Shown in pieces: positions 1 to 11,740 of a DNA stretch of 58,346 bases. A program made the position numbers and the translations under genes. The notes beneath the pieces were generated by a model. That model made no database searches and was not told the DNA's origin. It saw only the letters and a list, made by a program, of their open reading frames with translations. Within the stretch, counting starts at the first letter, position 1. The number at the start of each line of letters is the position of its first letter. The stretch comes from Elsinoe ampelina (lineage: Eukaryota): positions 288,921 through 347,266 of the forward strand of contig ML992505.1 in NCBI GenBank assembly GCA_010093995.1, given 5' to 3'.

Positions 1-1339
1 CGCCTTTCATGGACTCTATGACAAGCACGGATTCGAAGAGTACACAGAGGTACAAATCTGTGATGCTCTCGCAATCACGGCAGAACTCGAGAGTGCTCTC
101 CATGGCCTCTTGAATCCTCTCGGTGAAATCGCGGCGGTCTTTGGCAACAGAGTGGATTTCACTCAGAGCTGGGTCCCAGTCGGAAAGGTCCAGAGATACG
201 AGGGATACACCAGATAGGATGATACCAATCGTGTCCCACCGTAAATTATGACCAGTGTGCAGCATTGCCCACTCTCGAGCCGTGGTATTGCCATCAACAG
301 GTGGAGTCTTTTCAGTATTACGCCATACCAGCTCGGACAGAGGGTAAAGTTCGTGAAGACTTTGATGATTGGCAAGCAAGTCTCCGAAAGCTTCCACTAT
401 ACCGTTAATCCAGACAGCATAAGTGGGCTTCACTATTGTGATGCCATCGGCGCCGCGGAACCTAGCACTTGTCAGCAATACGTAACACGGTCAACGAGAC
501 CACTCACCATCGCTCGAAAATATTTCTGAACAGATTCATGTTCCGAAGGTAATGCAACACCTGGGCCCCTTTGTGGATCTTCTCTGTTGAAATGGGAGTC
601 GGAGAGCTAGACCTCTCCGGCTCCTCATCCTCGATCCCCAGACTTCTCTCATTGTCTGTGAAGACAGCCGAGAAGGCCGTCTTCCCCAAGAATCCAGTCT
701 TGTCCTTCATGTGCTCGTTGGACCGTCCAGAATGGTTTGCATACTTGCTCACAGAGGCTGAAGAGGTGAGTGGTGATGCACTCGTCGAGGAAGATGCGGT
801 CTTGATCGGTGCACTGTTCGCTGATCGAAAGCGACCTTGCCCGTTGTACTGCAAGAATTCAGGTGGCGTTGGTTGCTGCTGGTGTTGTTGCAGCGGCTGC
901 GCAGGTGGTGGGAATGGTCTGGATGGCGGAGGGGGTTGAGTGAACAAGGACAGGCTTGCCAATTGCGGGTCTGTGGCAGATCGTATTGCAGACGAAAGGG
1001 AGGCAGGAGCACGATCGTCCTTGTGAATTGGGGAAGAGCGGTTGCGGGTCATGGGTGCCGGATGATATATACAATCGGCCTGCTTGCCTCTCCGCAAACA
1101 GCGTGAGCAAGTCGGTAATTCGTGACCACATTTGAGCTTGCCTGTAGATAAGAAAGTCAATATCAAGTCACCGCTGGTCTGATGTGGAAGGAGGAGTGGT
1201 AGTCTTGGTAGATCATACCTTTTCTGCATGGCTCACATGAGAATGGCTTGCCGTTCCGCCGGTATGTGGGAGTCAGAGTTCCGTTTGAGCCTCCGTTGGG
1301 GCCGGTGGTATCAGGGGCGTTCATTGTTGCCTGAGCCAT
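1..1339 (-). CDS. Zn(II)2Cys6 fungal transcription factor (3' end runs off the left edge)
   Basis: Exons 1339-1219, 1141-508 and 461-<1; introns 1218-1142 (GTATGA..CAG) and 507-462 (GTGAGT..TAG). The spliced N-terminus reads RRNGKPFSCEPCRKGKLKCGHELPTCSRCLRRGKQADCIYHPAPMT (six-Cys binuclear cluster). The last exon stays open to base 1 (..NLRWDTIGIIL..). Confidence 0.9.
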
Positions 1340-2167
1340 TGTAGGTCAAACAAGAAGAGGGGTCCAGAATATCAGCGAAGTCGGCGGGACGCAATTCTGT
1401 TGCCTGAGGTGTCGAGGCGGCTCTGGCGGTCCATGAAGCTTCTGGCCGGGCCGCGGATGAGGTTGTAGTGGAGACAGAACAGGCTTCCAGAATTAAACGT
1501 GGTATCTCTGTCGACGCGACATGTCAGACTCGTCCTCGAGAAGCGAAAGTCGTGATGGGCCAAAGGACAAACGCAAGCCAGGTGGGGGAAAATTCTCCGA
1601 CGCGCCGGCCCCGCCGAAGGTCGTGCGGCTCCGCAAGGTGTTCTTGATTGGCTGGACAAAGAACGGTACAGATTCGGCACATCCGCCTCGGTGTCAACCT
1701 TGCTCCGAGATCACTCGACTTCATCTCCTGTCTGTCACGATGTTCATGCGTCTTTATACTTTGCGGAGCGCTGCAATCTCGATTACAGGGTATTCTATTA
1801 TTTGTCGTGATTCGCGTTCGGTCATCGTATTTCGAGTGAGGGTGATACTGGACAATCCCCTCTCATGCATACGCTGGTGCCTTTGAAGTGAATGCGAGGC
1901 GCACGCAGGACCGGCATGCATCCGTTTAGTAAGAACAAATCTGGACACTTCTTTTTCATTGTATGATCATATACTCTGTCATACGGACTGCTTTATCTCT
2001 TTGTTATGGGTCTTGTGATAGGATCTCCCAATGCTCGGCTTGGTCAAGAAAGACAAAGGATCAGTCATGTATCACTAACATTTCTCTTCAATCTCGCATC
2101 ACGACTTCTCCATCAGTCTCAAGCACACATACAGCCAACATCAATACCAGCACCAAAACCACCCTCC

Positions 2168-2827
2168 ATGTCCTCCTCCCAATCCAAGAAAAAGTCCTCC
2201 CCCTCCTTCACAGCCCGCATCTCCCGCCTCCGCCTCCCCCTCGCCCCCCTCCTCCCCATGCCCTCCGGCCCACCCCATCCCGACTTCCCCTTGACCCTCC
2301 TCGCCTACCACCTCCTCACCGAAGACCAACTCGACCGTCTCGCGCACTACTACCACCAGTCCACTCCCGGCGTCTACACGAACGAGTACCCCGCCCCTGT
2401 CTTATGGCCGAGACGGAGAAGCAGTGCGTCTCTGTTGTCGCCTCGTGCAGGGGAGGGGAGGAGGAGGGGGAGTACCGGCTCGCCTATCACGGAGGGGCGG
2501 ACGAGAGCGCTGGAGCAGGCGTTGGATGAGGAGGGAGGGGAGGGGTGGTTGGCGGGGTTGTTGGAGAGGGTGGCTGTTGATCCGGAGCTGGAAAATGGGG
2601 AAGAAGTGGTGGAGAGGAGATGGTCGGCGATATTGAGGGATGATGATGAGAGGATCGCGATCAAGAGGAGGAAGATCGGGAAGTTTATTGGGTTGGTCGG
2701 GATGCAGACGCCTGCTGCTGAGGTGGAGAGTCGGATGCAGCATGATATGGAGAGGGCGGTGAGGGTGATCAGGAGGGAGAGGAGGAGGGAGGAGGAGAGG
2801 GAATTGGCGTCCAGGAAGTGGCGGTAG
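2168..2827 (+). CDS. Conserved-looking fungal hypothetical protein (219 aa)
   Basis: ATG at 2168 in ORF 2006-2827, with strong codon bias. Contains HPDFPLTLLAYHLLTEDQLDRLAHYYHQ and KRRKIGKFIGLVGMQTP blocks, typical of an uncharacterised Pezizomycotina family. Confidence 0.75.
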   Translation: MSSSQSKKKSSPSFTARISRLRLPLAPLLPMPSGPPHPDFPLTLLAYHLLTEDQLDRLAHYYHQSTPGVYTNEYPAPVLWPRRRSSASLLSPRAGEGRRRGSTGSPITEGRTRALEQALDEEGGEGWLAGLLERVAVDPELENGEEVVERRWSAILRDDDERIAIKRRKIGKFIGLVGMQTPAAEVESRMQHDMERAVRVIRRERRREEERELASRKWR

Positions 2828-5237
2828 GATTCGTGGGCGCGCGTCAGACTGTCAATGTCGCATCACGATCACGATGGTGGATTGGAGACTCAGAAGAGGA
2901 GAAAATTAGGGTTGTTGGGTGAAGGATGCATGCATATCCGCTATTGACGCGTCGATGCAACAGCGTTTTTTCCTCTTTTCCGCTACATGAGATTTCCCAA
3001 GTGTTTCACGGCTCATTTCTTTTGGCCAATCAGCGCCAGTCCTTCAGCACCGGTCCTTTGAGAACTCGATACTATATAGAAACTTCTCTGTGTTTCCTGT
3101 TCCTGTTGTTTCGATGAAGTACAATCTGTCCTGACACCGTCTTGATCGTACTCTTGCTCCATTCATCGGCGTGAACCATATGCGAATATCTGCTCAAGTA
3201 TACCCTAGCCGCCATCCGACAGAATGAACACCCCCAGACCGATTCAACGATTGTAGCCGACCTGCAAGGCAATTGAGCTTCCGGACTGTCCCGTTCTGAT
3301 TGGCGCAGGTTGTCCTGGTCCAGCGTTGTGGATAATAGGAGGTAGCTGCTTGGGCTTGGTCACCGAAGTGTCGGAAGGGTTTGTCCCTATAGTAGTAGCA
3401 GAGGTAGCTGTGCTTTGGTTGAGGGATGAGGAGGAAAGCCATGATTGGTTCTGAGAGTTCCGGCTCGACATGTTGCCTGTGGAAAGAGAGATCTGCTGAG
3501 AAGATTGCTGATATGACTTGATCCATCAATCCATCAGCGGACGTGGATGAACGGAATGGTCAGCAGCTTTATAGTAGGAGATATGAGCGCCGTCATGTGT
3601 ATAGAACTGACAGAAGGCCTTACCACAACCGCATTCACGCACGTCTCAGTGTAGCATGTTGATCCGCAAACACGGTAGTCTTGCTGATAGGAGGCATTCC
3701 GTCTGCAATTGGGCGCACAGCCCATGCACATGAGGCACACCGTCGATACATCTCAGGTGTGCGACGACTATAGTCATTAACCATGTCTGATAGTCCGTCT
3801 GTATGAGCAGATCGGTTTGGTCCTAGCGGCCTGCGTAGGGTGATCATCCCTGTCGGGCGAAGCGTAGCGCAAGCCACAACTCGATGATTCGTCGTATCTA
3901 GGAGATACAGCCTTCAGAAGCGTAACCATGGACCTGTCTCATGCTCCGAATACTACCCGTGCAATGAGATGGGGCGTTTCAAGTGTGACTAGCTCGTGAA
4001 GAAGGCGGCGATGGATATTAGGCTTCAGAGAGGTTTCGAGCGTCTGACAAACGCTCAGAGGCAGTTCAGCTCTCCACAGAGATTGCGACAAAAATCGACA
4101 ATGGTCTGGAGAATGTCCTGGTCCGAGCAGACAACCAAGGCGTTGCGAGCGGAGGCTGTCCCGCCTAGGTCTGCTCTCTACCACAGGTGCGATCATGGCA
4201 GGAAGAAAGAGACGTCTTTCGCTCACCAGTCTTACGTTCAGAGCTTTGTTCGAGAGGAGCCACCTGATCACTCGATGGAGAAGGCTTATCTGCGCTGTGC
4301 GATGGTTCGCTCGAGGTCCAATAGACATAAGCACACACTCAGTCTCTTTCTGACCTGCCCTGAAATGAGATGAAGGCTACAGCTCTCCCATAGTCAAAGC
4401 AATCAATACTCCCTGGTCAAGCAGTCTCAAGTGAGAGCGATGCGGAGTGCTGACGGCTCCACGTCTGGTCCCGAGCGGTGTCTCGCGACCGCCACGCACA
4501 TTGCTGGACCTCATAGGAAACGCTTCGACAGTTTCTTGGAATGACCTTTGCAGCACCTTCGTTAAGGTAGCGGAATTCCCGTGACCATGACTCTGTGGCG
4601 TAGATCAACTCCTGCTGCCACGTGGTCGAAGTAGGCGGATGAGCTGCTCCGAGCCACCCGTCAGCTGAGGAGACGTCGGCACTGACTCGAGCGCCATCAC
4701 ACCGTAGCAGTGGTCTGTTGGGCTTGCAATTCATCAGTAGCAGCTGGAGACGGGAAGTGCATTGACTCGGTCGCCACGTGGTTGAGAACATCTCATCGGT
4801 GGACAGGACACTGACAAGTTGATGGCGCACTGACCGAGTCGTGGCTGCGGCGCACGCTCCATTATTTCAACCATCTCTGGGAGATTGTGTCTTTCAGGTT
4901 CGAATGAGAAAAGATACGATTGAGTCATGTCGATGAGTGCCACGTGGTCGATGTGGAGATTGAAGGAAGCCAGGGTTGGAGATCAGCCTGCGGCATCGAG
5001 GCGGATCATCTCCGCAAGGAGTTCACGGACTTCAACGTCATATTGTGGCTTCCAATTGGCTATTGCCACTACAGCAAGATTATCTCTGAAACGCTTGTAA
5101 GATATCATGGAGATATGAAGATGGTGGTGCGGATGAAATACGAGTCTAGCTGCGGCACAAATGCCTCCTATCATAGGATGATTGATGTGGCCTGCACATC
5201 TCCCATGCTATACTCCGCCCGTCTTGTTGAGACCATC

Positions 5238-5954
5238 TCAGTGGGGACCGTACGCTGCAGCGTAGAACTCTTGTGGGCTTGCCCCAATGCTCTTCCTTTG
5301 CTCTTCTAAGAAATCATCTGGGCCTAGAGTCTTCTCGATGAATGTGTAGTCCTCAGGCTGGAGTGGATAGCCATATAGTTGTCCACATAACTTGGCAACC
5401 TGTAGATCTACTTTTGGGATACGGCTTAGATCGAAATGATTGCATGAGCGGCCAGTCGATACACCCATGTTTGTGCTTTGTGGTGCGTTCTGACTGTATG
5501 ATGTCGATGAGACAGTCGGGTACTGTCCAAAAAGCGTGGACATGGGTGTATGGATTGGTATAGGACCATTGAGTGCTTCCGCCATGTTCTGTGCGAGATA
5601 CCTGTCGCGATTCTTGCACTTGCCGAGATGGGTGGCCATGTGGGCAGGGTAGGATCGAGCCATGTTGCATGCGAAACAAATGCCATCTCCTTTGACGTAC
5701 GCTCGAGTCCCATCAGAGTTGGTACTGCCGGGAGGGCTTTCTGACCTGGGTTAGCTGTGTTATATGGTTGGCAGAAGAGCATGTACTCACTGGACCAGAT
5801 TGTGACCCCAAGACTATCCGTGAGACTATGTTCTGTGTCGATTAATTTGTGTCACATGCAAGTCTGGGGAATACTAACTCTTGAACACCGCTTGGATATC
5901 CTGGAAGACCAAGCTATAGTCCCGAGTACCGGCCTGGCCAGCTTGGGCAGACAT
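5238..5954 (-). CDS. C2HC zinc-finger family protein, array copy A (206 aa, 3 exons)
   Basis: GCCACCATG start at 5954. Exons 5954-5879, 5832-5791 (42 nt) and 5740-5238; introns GTTAGT..CAG and GTGAGT..CTAAC..CAG, both phase 1. Encodes ..GVTIWSK..RAYVKGDGICFACNMARSYPAHMATHLGKC.. (finger at 5616-5678). Confidence 0.8.
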
Positions 5955-7797
5955 GGTGGCTAGCAGATGCGGTAGTCGACTGCGCTTCAGGGGAAGGCTG
6001 ATGATCGGATGGCTTCAAGCAACGGAAGTTCTTATGCCTAATCCCGGAGGTTTCAAAGAGCTGAATATCATTCTGATGCTTCGAGCCATATCGAAAGGCG
6101 AATTTATAGGCGAGGGCTGTAGCACAGCATCCAACGTGTGTGCTCTCGAAACACTCAACATCGTCGAGAGGGTGTGCTCCAATGTCCAGAAACTCGAGAG
6201 ACTATGCTGGAATTGTGTCCTGAGACGTGATGCTTTCTTGCTAACAGAGATTCAAGACGTGTTTATGGGAGGCCTTGTGTTTGCCGCTGCGGACTTTCGA
6301 GTGGTACGACGCAGGAAAGCATTTGAGTGGCTCAGTTTCGTAATCCTCTCGAAATTTCTGGCGAAGGGAGTGTATCACAGGACTGGCGGTGAGCGCGACC
6401 ATTTGGAAGATGACACCATAAGGGAGGACAAAGCTGGTTCTCAACTTGTTTGTGGTGTCACAGGCGTCTCGAATGTCCAGAAACTTAAGGTTCTAGTCAA
6501 TATCCGCAATGTAGATTGCGACGCCAGCAGAACTGTGAAGTCGGCGGGCAGGGCTCACTGCCGACGGAAGCTTCACTGAGAATCACAGCCAAGTGTTGGA
6601 AAGACACAAGCCATGTCGATCTATTGACAGAGCCGCCGGAAATGATGTCGATCGCATTCCAATGTCTTGACAGGCTACTTTGATTGTCGCGGATCCCACG
6701 CCGGAGATCCCGAGTTTGGCTGCTGCTGGCGTCGAGATTCGAGGACGCCAGAGGATTTCGAGAGACATGGCGGCTTGGCAAAAGGGTGGGAGTTCTTCGA
6801 ACAATGACGACGTCCCTGAAAGGCGAGGAGAAGCCCTAGGTCACACCGAGGACGCGAAATGCGCATCATCGGCGGCGTCGTGTGGCCTCCGGACGAAGTT
6901 CCGCGTCGTGGCTGAGAAGATGCTCGAACCACTCGAGGCAAGCAGGGTCCATTTGTGGAAAGAAACTCAATACTTGCAATGATTTCGCCTGCGAGGGAGA
7001 AGGTAGAAAAGGATCGGGGATGAATGGCGTGGGTCGTGCTGGCCAATGGGTGATTTATGAAAACAAAGTCTTCCTCACCGCTCTGGTGTTGTTGAGACCC
7101 GTCTTCGGCCAGCAACTTCGATGGTACAGCTCGTGCGTGCATGATGGCCACTTATTCCCAGCATAGAGGCGGAAGAGAAAGGGCCCCTTTACTCAACGGC
7201 TGTGTACGAGTGCTCGAGTCAGGGCCGAGAAGACGGCATTTCCTTGGACCCGGTCCTGCAAGCGCGGGCATACCCATTGACTCTTTCTGGCTAGAGCTAC
7301 TTGCTTGAAAGTAATAGCGCGGGATACCGCATGTTCGAGAGCGGCCGGCGCATGCATGATGGGATTGCGTGGAAGCGAGGCACGTGTTGAGGGAGAGACG
7401 TTGATTGTGGATCAGCGAATCGCTGGTCGTTCCTCCGCACCGATCCGTCCCCCGCTTTGGTTGCCAATGCCATGATCTGCCCGTCAGAATGAGTTTGGGC
7501 GGATCGAACTCTCGTCCCATGTGATGAGACTATGTCCAAGATCTGATTCTGGCACGGTATGATGTTGGCAATTTCATAAATTCTTGTAGTGACACGATAA
7601 CGAACAGATACGAAGCATCCCGCCCCAAAAGTCCAGCTGAAAAGAACCCTTCACCCCCAGCCAATCATTTGTCTACAGCTCCATATGTGGCTGAATGGTA
7701 TTCCGTCCGGCTTGATACAAGTCTACTGTACATGATGCTAATGCAATGCATCGGAGCAGCTGAAAGTACAGATTGCCTATGAGTGCCAGCCCCTTGC

Positions 7798-8690
7798 TCA
7801 GCTCCAGTCCAAGTGACCATACATACTGCCAGGGTTTGCACCCTGATACCGCTGTTCCTCATCTCTCACAATCCCATCAATCGACCCGTACCCATTCATC
7901 TCCGTGCCAATGTTAAACAAGGGCGAGCTCATGGCAACATGCCACTGCCCATGAGGAGGATCGACCATGTACTGGCTGCCGTCTTCGTATGGAAAAATGA
8001 CATCGGAGTAGTTGCTGCCTACATTCCCATTGTTCATGGGGAATTCAGCCGGCGCCGCTGTCCATGTGGGTGGAGTATCAGAGTTGATGACTGACGATGA
8101 AGCGACTGTGTTTGATCTCTGCTGATGTCCCTGGCCGCCGAAAGCAATCGGAGCCACGGTCACACCAGGTTGGCTCCAACTGGACATCAGGTCGACATTC
8201 TGTAATTGATTCTGCGCTCTGAACGAACCTGGCACAGCGAAGTAGGGCCCGGAATGGGCATTGTCATTGGGCATGTCGAATCGGAACTGAGCATGCTGCC
8301 TCTGACGGAGCTGGAGCTCGAAGGACGCGTCAAAAGCCAACTCCTCGGCAGCACGCTGATCTCGGGTACCACGACAAGTGCTCAGGTGCCTAGCCATATC
8401 TCCAGAGTAGCTGCGCGGCCGCCTGCAGCGGAAACAGACGGTGGTACTTTGATGATTCCATCGCGATCTAGCAGTTGGATCTTCGACCTCTGCGAGATGG
8501 TAAGCCTACAGACAATCAGGACTTGTTGGGAGGGGTATGAACACACCTTGCCAGATACGTATTCCGCTGATACGACAACCATAGAAATCTGCATCAAGTC
8601 AGCAAGGATGTAGTGTTTGACACAAGTCTGCTTACGAAAGAGAAGGTACCGTATGAAAATGAACGCCCGCTCGTCAAGTTCACGCTCCAT
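7798..8690 (-). CDS. C2HC zinc-finger family protein, array copy B (262 aa, 3 exons)
   Basis: Exons 8690-8636, 8588-8547 (42 nt) and 8489-7798; introns GTAAGC..CTGAC..CAG and GTGTGT..CAG, both phase 1. Encodes ..GIRIWQE..RSRWNHQSTTVCFRCRRPRSYSGDMARHLSTC.. (finger at 8374-8436). Confidence 0.75.
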
Positions 8691-10856
8691 CCTTGCGAAT
8701 GATTGATTGCTCGACTGGACAGATGATGTTTGCACCTCTTCTGGGCGCGCAAGGACGAGCCCAGCCGACCTCCAAACCCACGCAGACCAACGATAGCAAC
8801 AGCTCGCAGATAGCGTAGCGCAGGATAAAACCGAATCAAGGCTTTACCGCGGGATCAAGCCTTTGCAAGAGCTAGGGAGATAGAAGTGTTGGTGATGATC
8901 GTGCAAATGCCTGCGGTCGCTCCTTCGAAACGATGACCAGCGAGTGCTGCTAGAGACTCGAGCTGTCAAATCGAGATGGCGTATTTCTGATGGTCCAAGG
9001 GAGATTCGGATCCTCTATTCTGGCTTTGCGGAGCCTCTAGTCAATGAGAGAGCCAGTCGTCGTCATTGTACCATTCGAGTCAGGCACTTCCGTAGATCCT
9101 GGAATGTCGAGGTCTTGAAAGCTAAGAAGTAGCTATAAGGATGTTGTCTCTGTCCAAAGATGATGAGTGTTTGCAGCGGGCAATGGATATGTATCTGCGA
9201 CTGATGCGAGTCTCCGGGCGGATGTGCACGAGACGGACCTGTGCAGTCTTGCCGTGTGCTGGACTGCTCCTCCGACTCGGACGTCAGAGTCTATTTTATT
9301 GTCGTATCGCCTAGGCTGTCTTGTCTGCTCCGTTGCTCTGTCCCTCAATCACAGAACAATGAACCTGTGATTGTCAGCACTGAAGGAGGACACGGCCACG
9401 AAAGAGGGATGTACTAGACGCTCACTAGCCTCCCAAACCACACTCGTAAGTCTGTTGTAATTGTCGAGACTCGTTGCTACGTATCCGACGAGATATCCTT
9501 CGGAGCAAGTTGTTTTGCTGGAGTCTTGAGAGTGATCAGTGAAGTGTGCAGCAAGCCGGCCTCTCAATCGAGATGGTATGGCGGCCCAACCAAGTAGGCC
9601 TGAGGCAGGTTTTGGCGACATCTTCGCAGCGTCGGACTGCCGCCGCCTCTGGCGCTAGTTTTGCCGGCTTGATCCTTTCGCTGCATCGCCCCTGTGTGTA
9701 GCTCACCTTTGACGTATGTGAACATCGAGACCGCATTTCAATAAGTGCTCAAGGCTCCCTCGACTCGCCTGTTCATAATCAATGCTTCTGCAAGAATGGT
9801 GTTGCGCGATGAACAACGCGGAGCGCAGAACGAGGGGATGATCTTCTGCCGTCGTTAGCGTTGTTAGAAACCTAGAATTCTAGATTTCAAGACAACCGCA
9901 TTGGTGGACGAGCAAATCAGAGCCCTTTCATCAATTCTACCTGCTACCGCGGACGGTCATACTGATGATCTCGTGCCAGATCACCATGGGAGACCGCAAG
10001 AGCGGCGAGTATTGATCGAATCTTGCGAGCAAGAGCAGCGCCCTATCACGGCGATGCCTCGAATACTCATGGCGATTTTCCGGCCACATCACAGGAGCAC
10101 GCGCTGTGTTCCTGCATGTGTGTCGTCGAACGAGCCAGTGGGACAGGAGCCGCACAGGGCTAAGAGCTGCACCTGTGTGACGCTTCCGCCCTGTCAAGGC
10201 AGCAATTTTTTGCATCATTGGAGCTCTCATACAGGATGATCGACACCAGTCTAACGCTTCGTGACGTGCAGCTCGACAATGGTTGAACGCAGAAATTGAC
10301 GTGCAAATGGTGAGGAAAGTGACATTGCAATCAGTGGATTCTTGACCTTTGAGCAGGAATCCGACATCCGCCGGGATCGGGCGGAACCGGCACGCCGAAA
10401 GCTACCCAAAGATGCCTTTCCGACCTCACCGTATCACATACACGAACCATCATTCTAAGCATGTCGAGTCCAGTTATATGTACCCGGCTACCATGATGTC
10501 ACATGTTCAGCGTATCTGGCGATTCCATCTTCTTGCTGGATATGAAAGCCAGGGCTATTTATTGGTACGAAGGCATCAGTGTCCGTGAGGGCTCGTCCGT
10601 AGAGCAAGTCGTCGACTTCCTTGACCATGCTTGGGCACCATAGAAAGAGACAGGCTGATGGTTCAATTCACCTGCTTAGACGGTGCCTGACCCGGGGGAG
10701 AGGCATCAAAGCGGAGTACATGACAGCTGTAGCTCGCATAAGATATCGAATTAGTGGTCATCCATCACGTCACCCGGAGATGTCATATCAAGAAGCCTCC
10801 AAGGAGTCTTGTATGGACTGAACGCTGATAGTATCGTTTCTCGTTCCGAGTCATAG

Positions 10857-11740
10857 CTATGGGAGTGGTTCATATGAGACATTCCATGGCTGTATCTCTC
10901 CTTCGAAGCTCTCGAAGGCCTGGTGTAAATCGATAGAGGTCGGTTGACCCCACGCGGCGGTCGCTTGCCCTTGGGAGTAATCGGGATCCGATGGCTGAAC
11001 GAAAGGGTAGTTCATGTACGGGTCGATGGATATCTCATCGGTCTGGTCGGAAGCCATTCGGCGATGCTGAGTTGAGTTGGTCGACGTTGAAAGCTGATGC
11101 CAATGGCCTCGAGTTGGGTCCGAACTTGGGTAAAGATTGTGATACTCTGTAGTGGGTACGGGGAAGGTCAGGTTGCCGATAGTAGGTACGTGACTTGCAG
11201 ACCAAGAGGTAGGACGGATCGATGGTCTGGTTGATGATCCAGCTTGCATGATGGTGTTGGTGTCCAGATCAGCCGAGATCATCAGAGGCTGGTCATCCAC
11301 ATTCCCATGGCTTGATGGGCCCATCTGATTCATTGCTTGGGGGACGTTGAAACTTGGGCGATGGGTGAAACTGGGAAGATCTGAAGTTGAAGCTGCTCGC
11401 GCTCGTCGGTAATGATTGCCAATGCTTCTACATTTGCCGACATGCTCGCCAATTTTCTTTTGGTAGCCGAATTTCTGATCACAAAACAGACAAGCCCCCC
11501 TCGCATCGAAGAATGATCGGATGTTGGCCGTCCGGAATGGCTCTGCCTTCCCTGCGGGAGTCAGCTACGGACAGGATACTTGAAATCCTTGACACACTTC
11601 TCCAATACATGACTGCTACAACATCTTGCCAGTCACGAGCTGGGGGTAGTCAGTGTGATGAACGACCGCCGGGTGGAGACAAGCTTACCATTGACCAGAT
11701 CCTTGAGCCCGTGCAGTATTTCGTTGTCTGTTGCCGGCAT
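10857..11740 (-). CDS. C2HC zinc-finger family protein, array copy C (262 aa, 3 exons)
   Basis: Exons 11740-11689, 11639-11598 (42 nt) and 11551-10857; introns GTAAGC..CTGAC..CAG and GTGTGT..CTGAC..CAG, both phase 1. Encodes ..DVVAVMYWRR..RSFFDARGACLFCDQKFGYQKKIGEHVGKC.. (finger at 11430-11492). Confidence 0.82.

Noticed and set aside
3072..3471. Possible further array member: minus-strand WGCSFCRMAARVYLSRYSHMVH next to an S/T-rich ORF (3244-3471), at array-like spacing
   Set aside because: The motif ends H-x2-H rather than H-x3-C and lacks the conserved Tyr position. No 42-nt exon or consensus splice sites join it to a start codon.
4417..5174. Protein-like minus-strand fragments (4983-5174 and 4734-4943 in one frame, 4417-4830 shifted)
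   Set aside because: Could be a relic gene, but no recognisable domain, and it begins only 64 bp after the stop of copy A.
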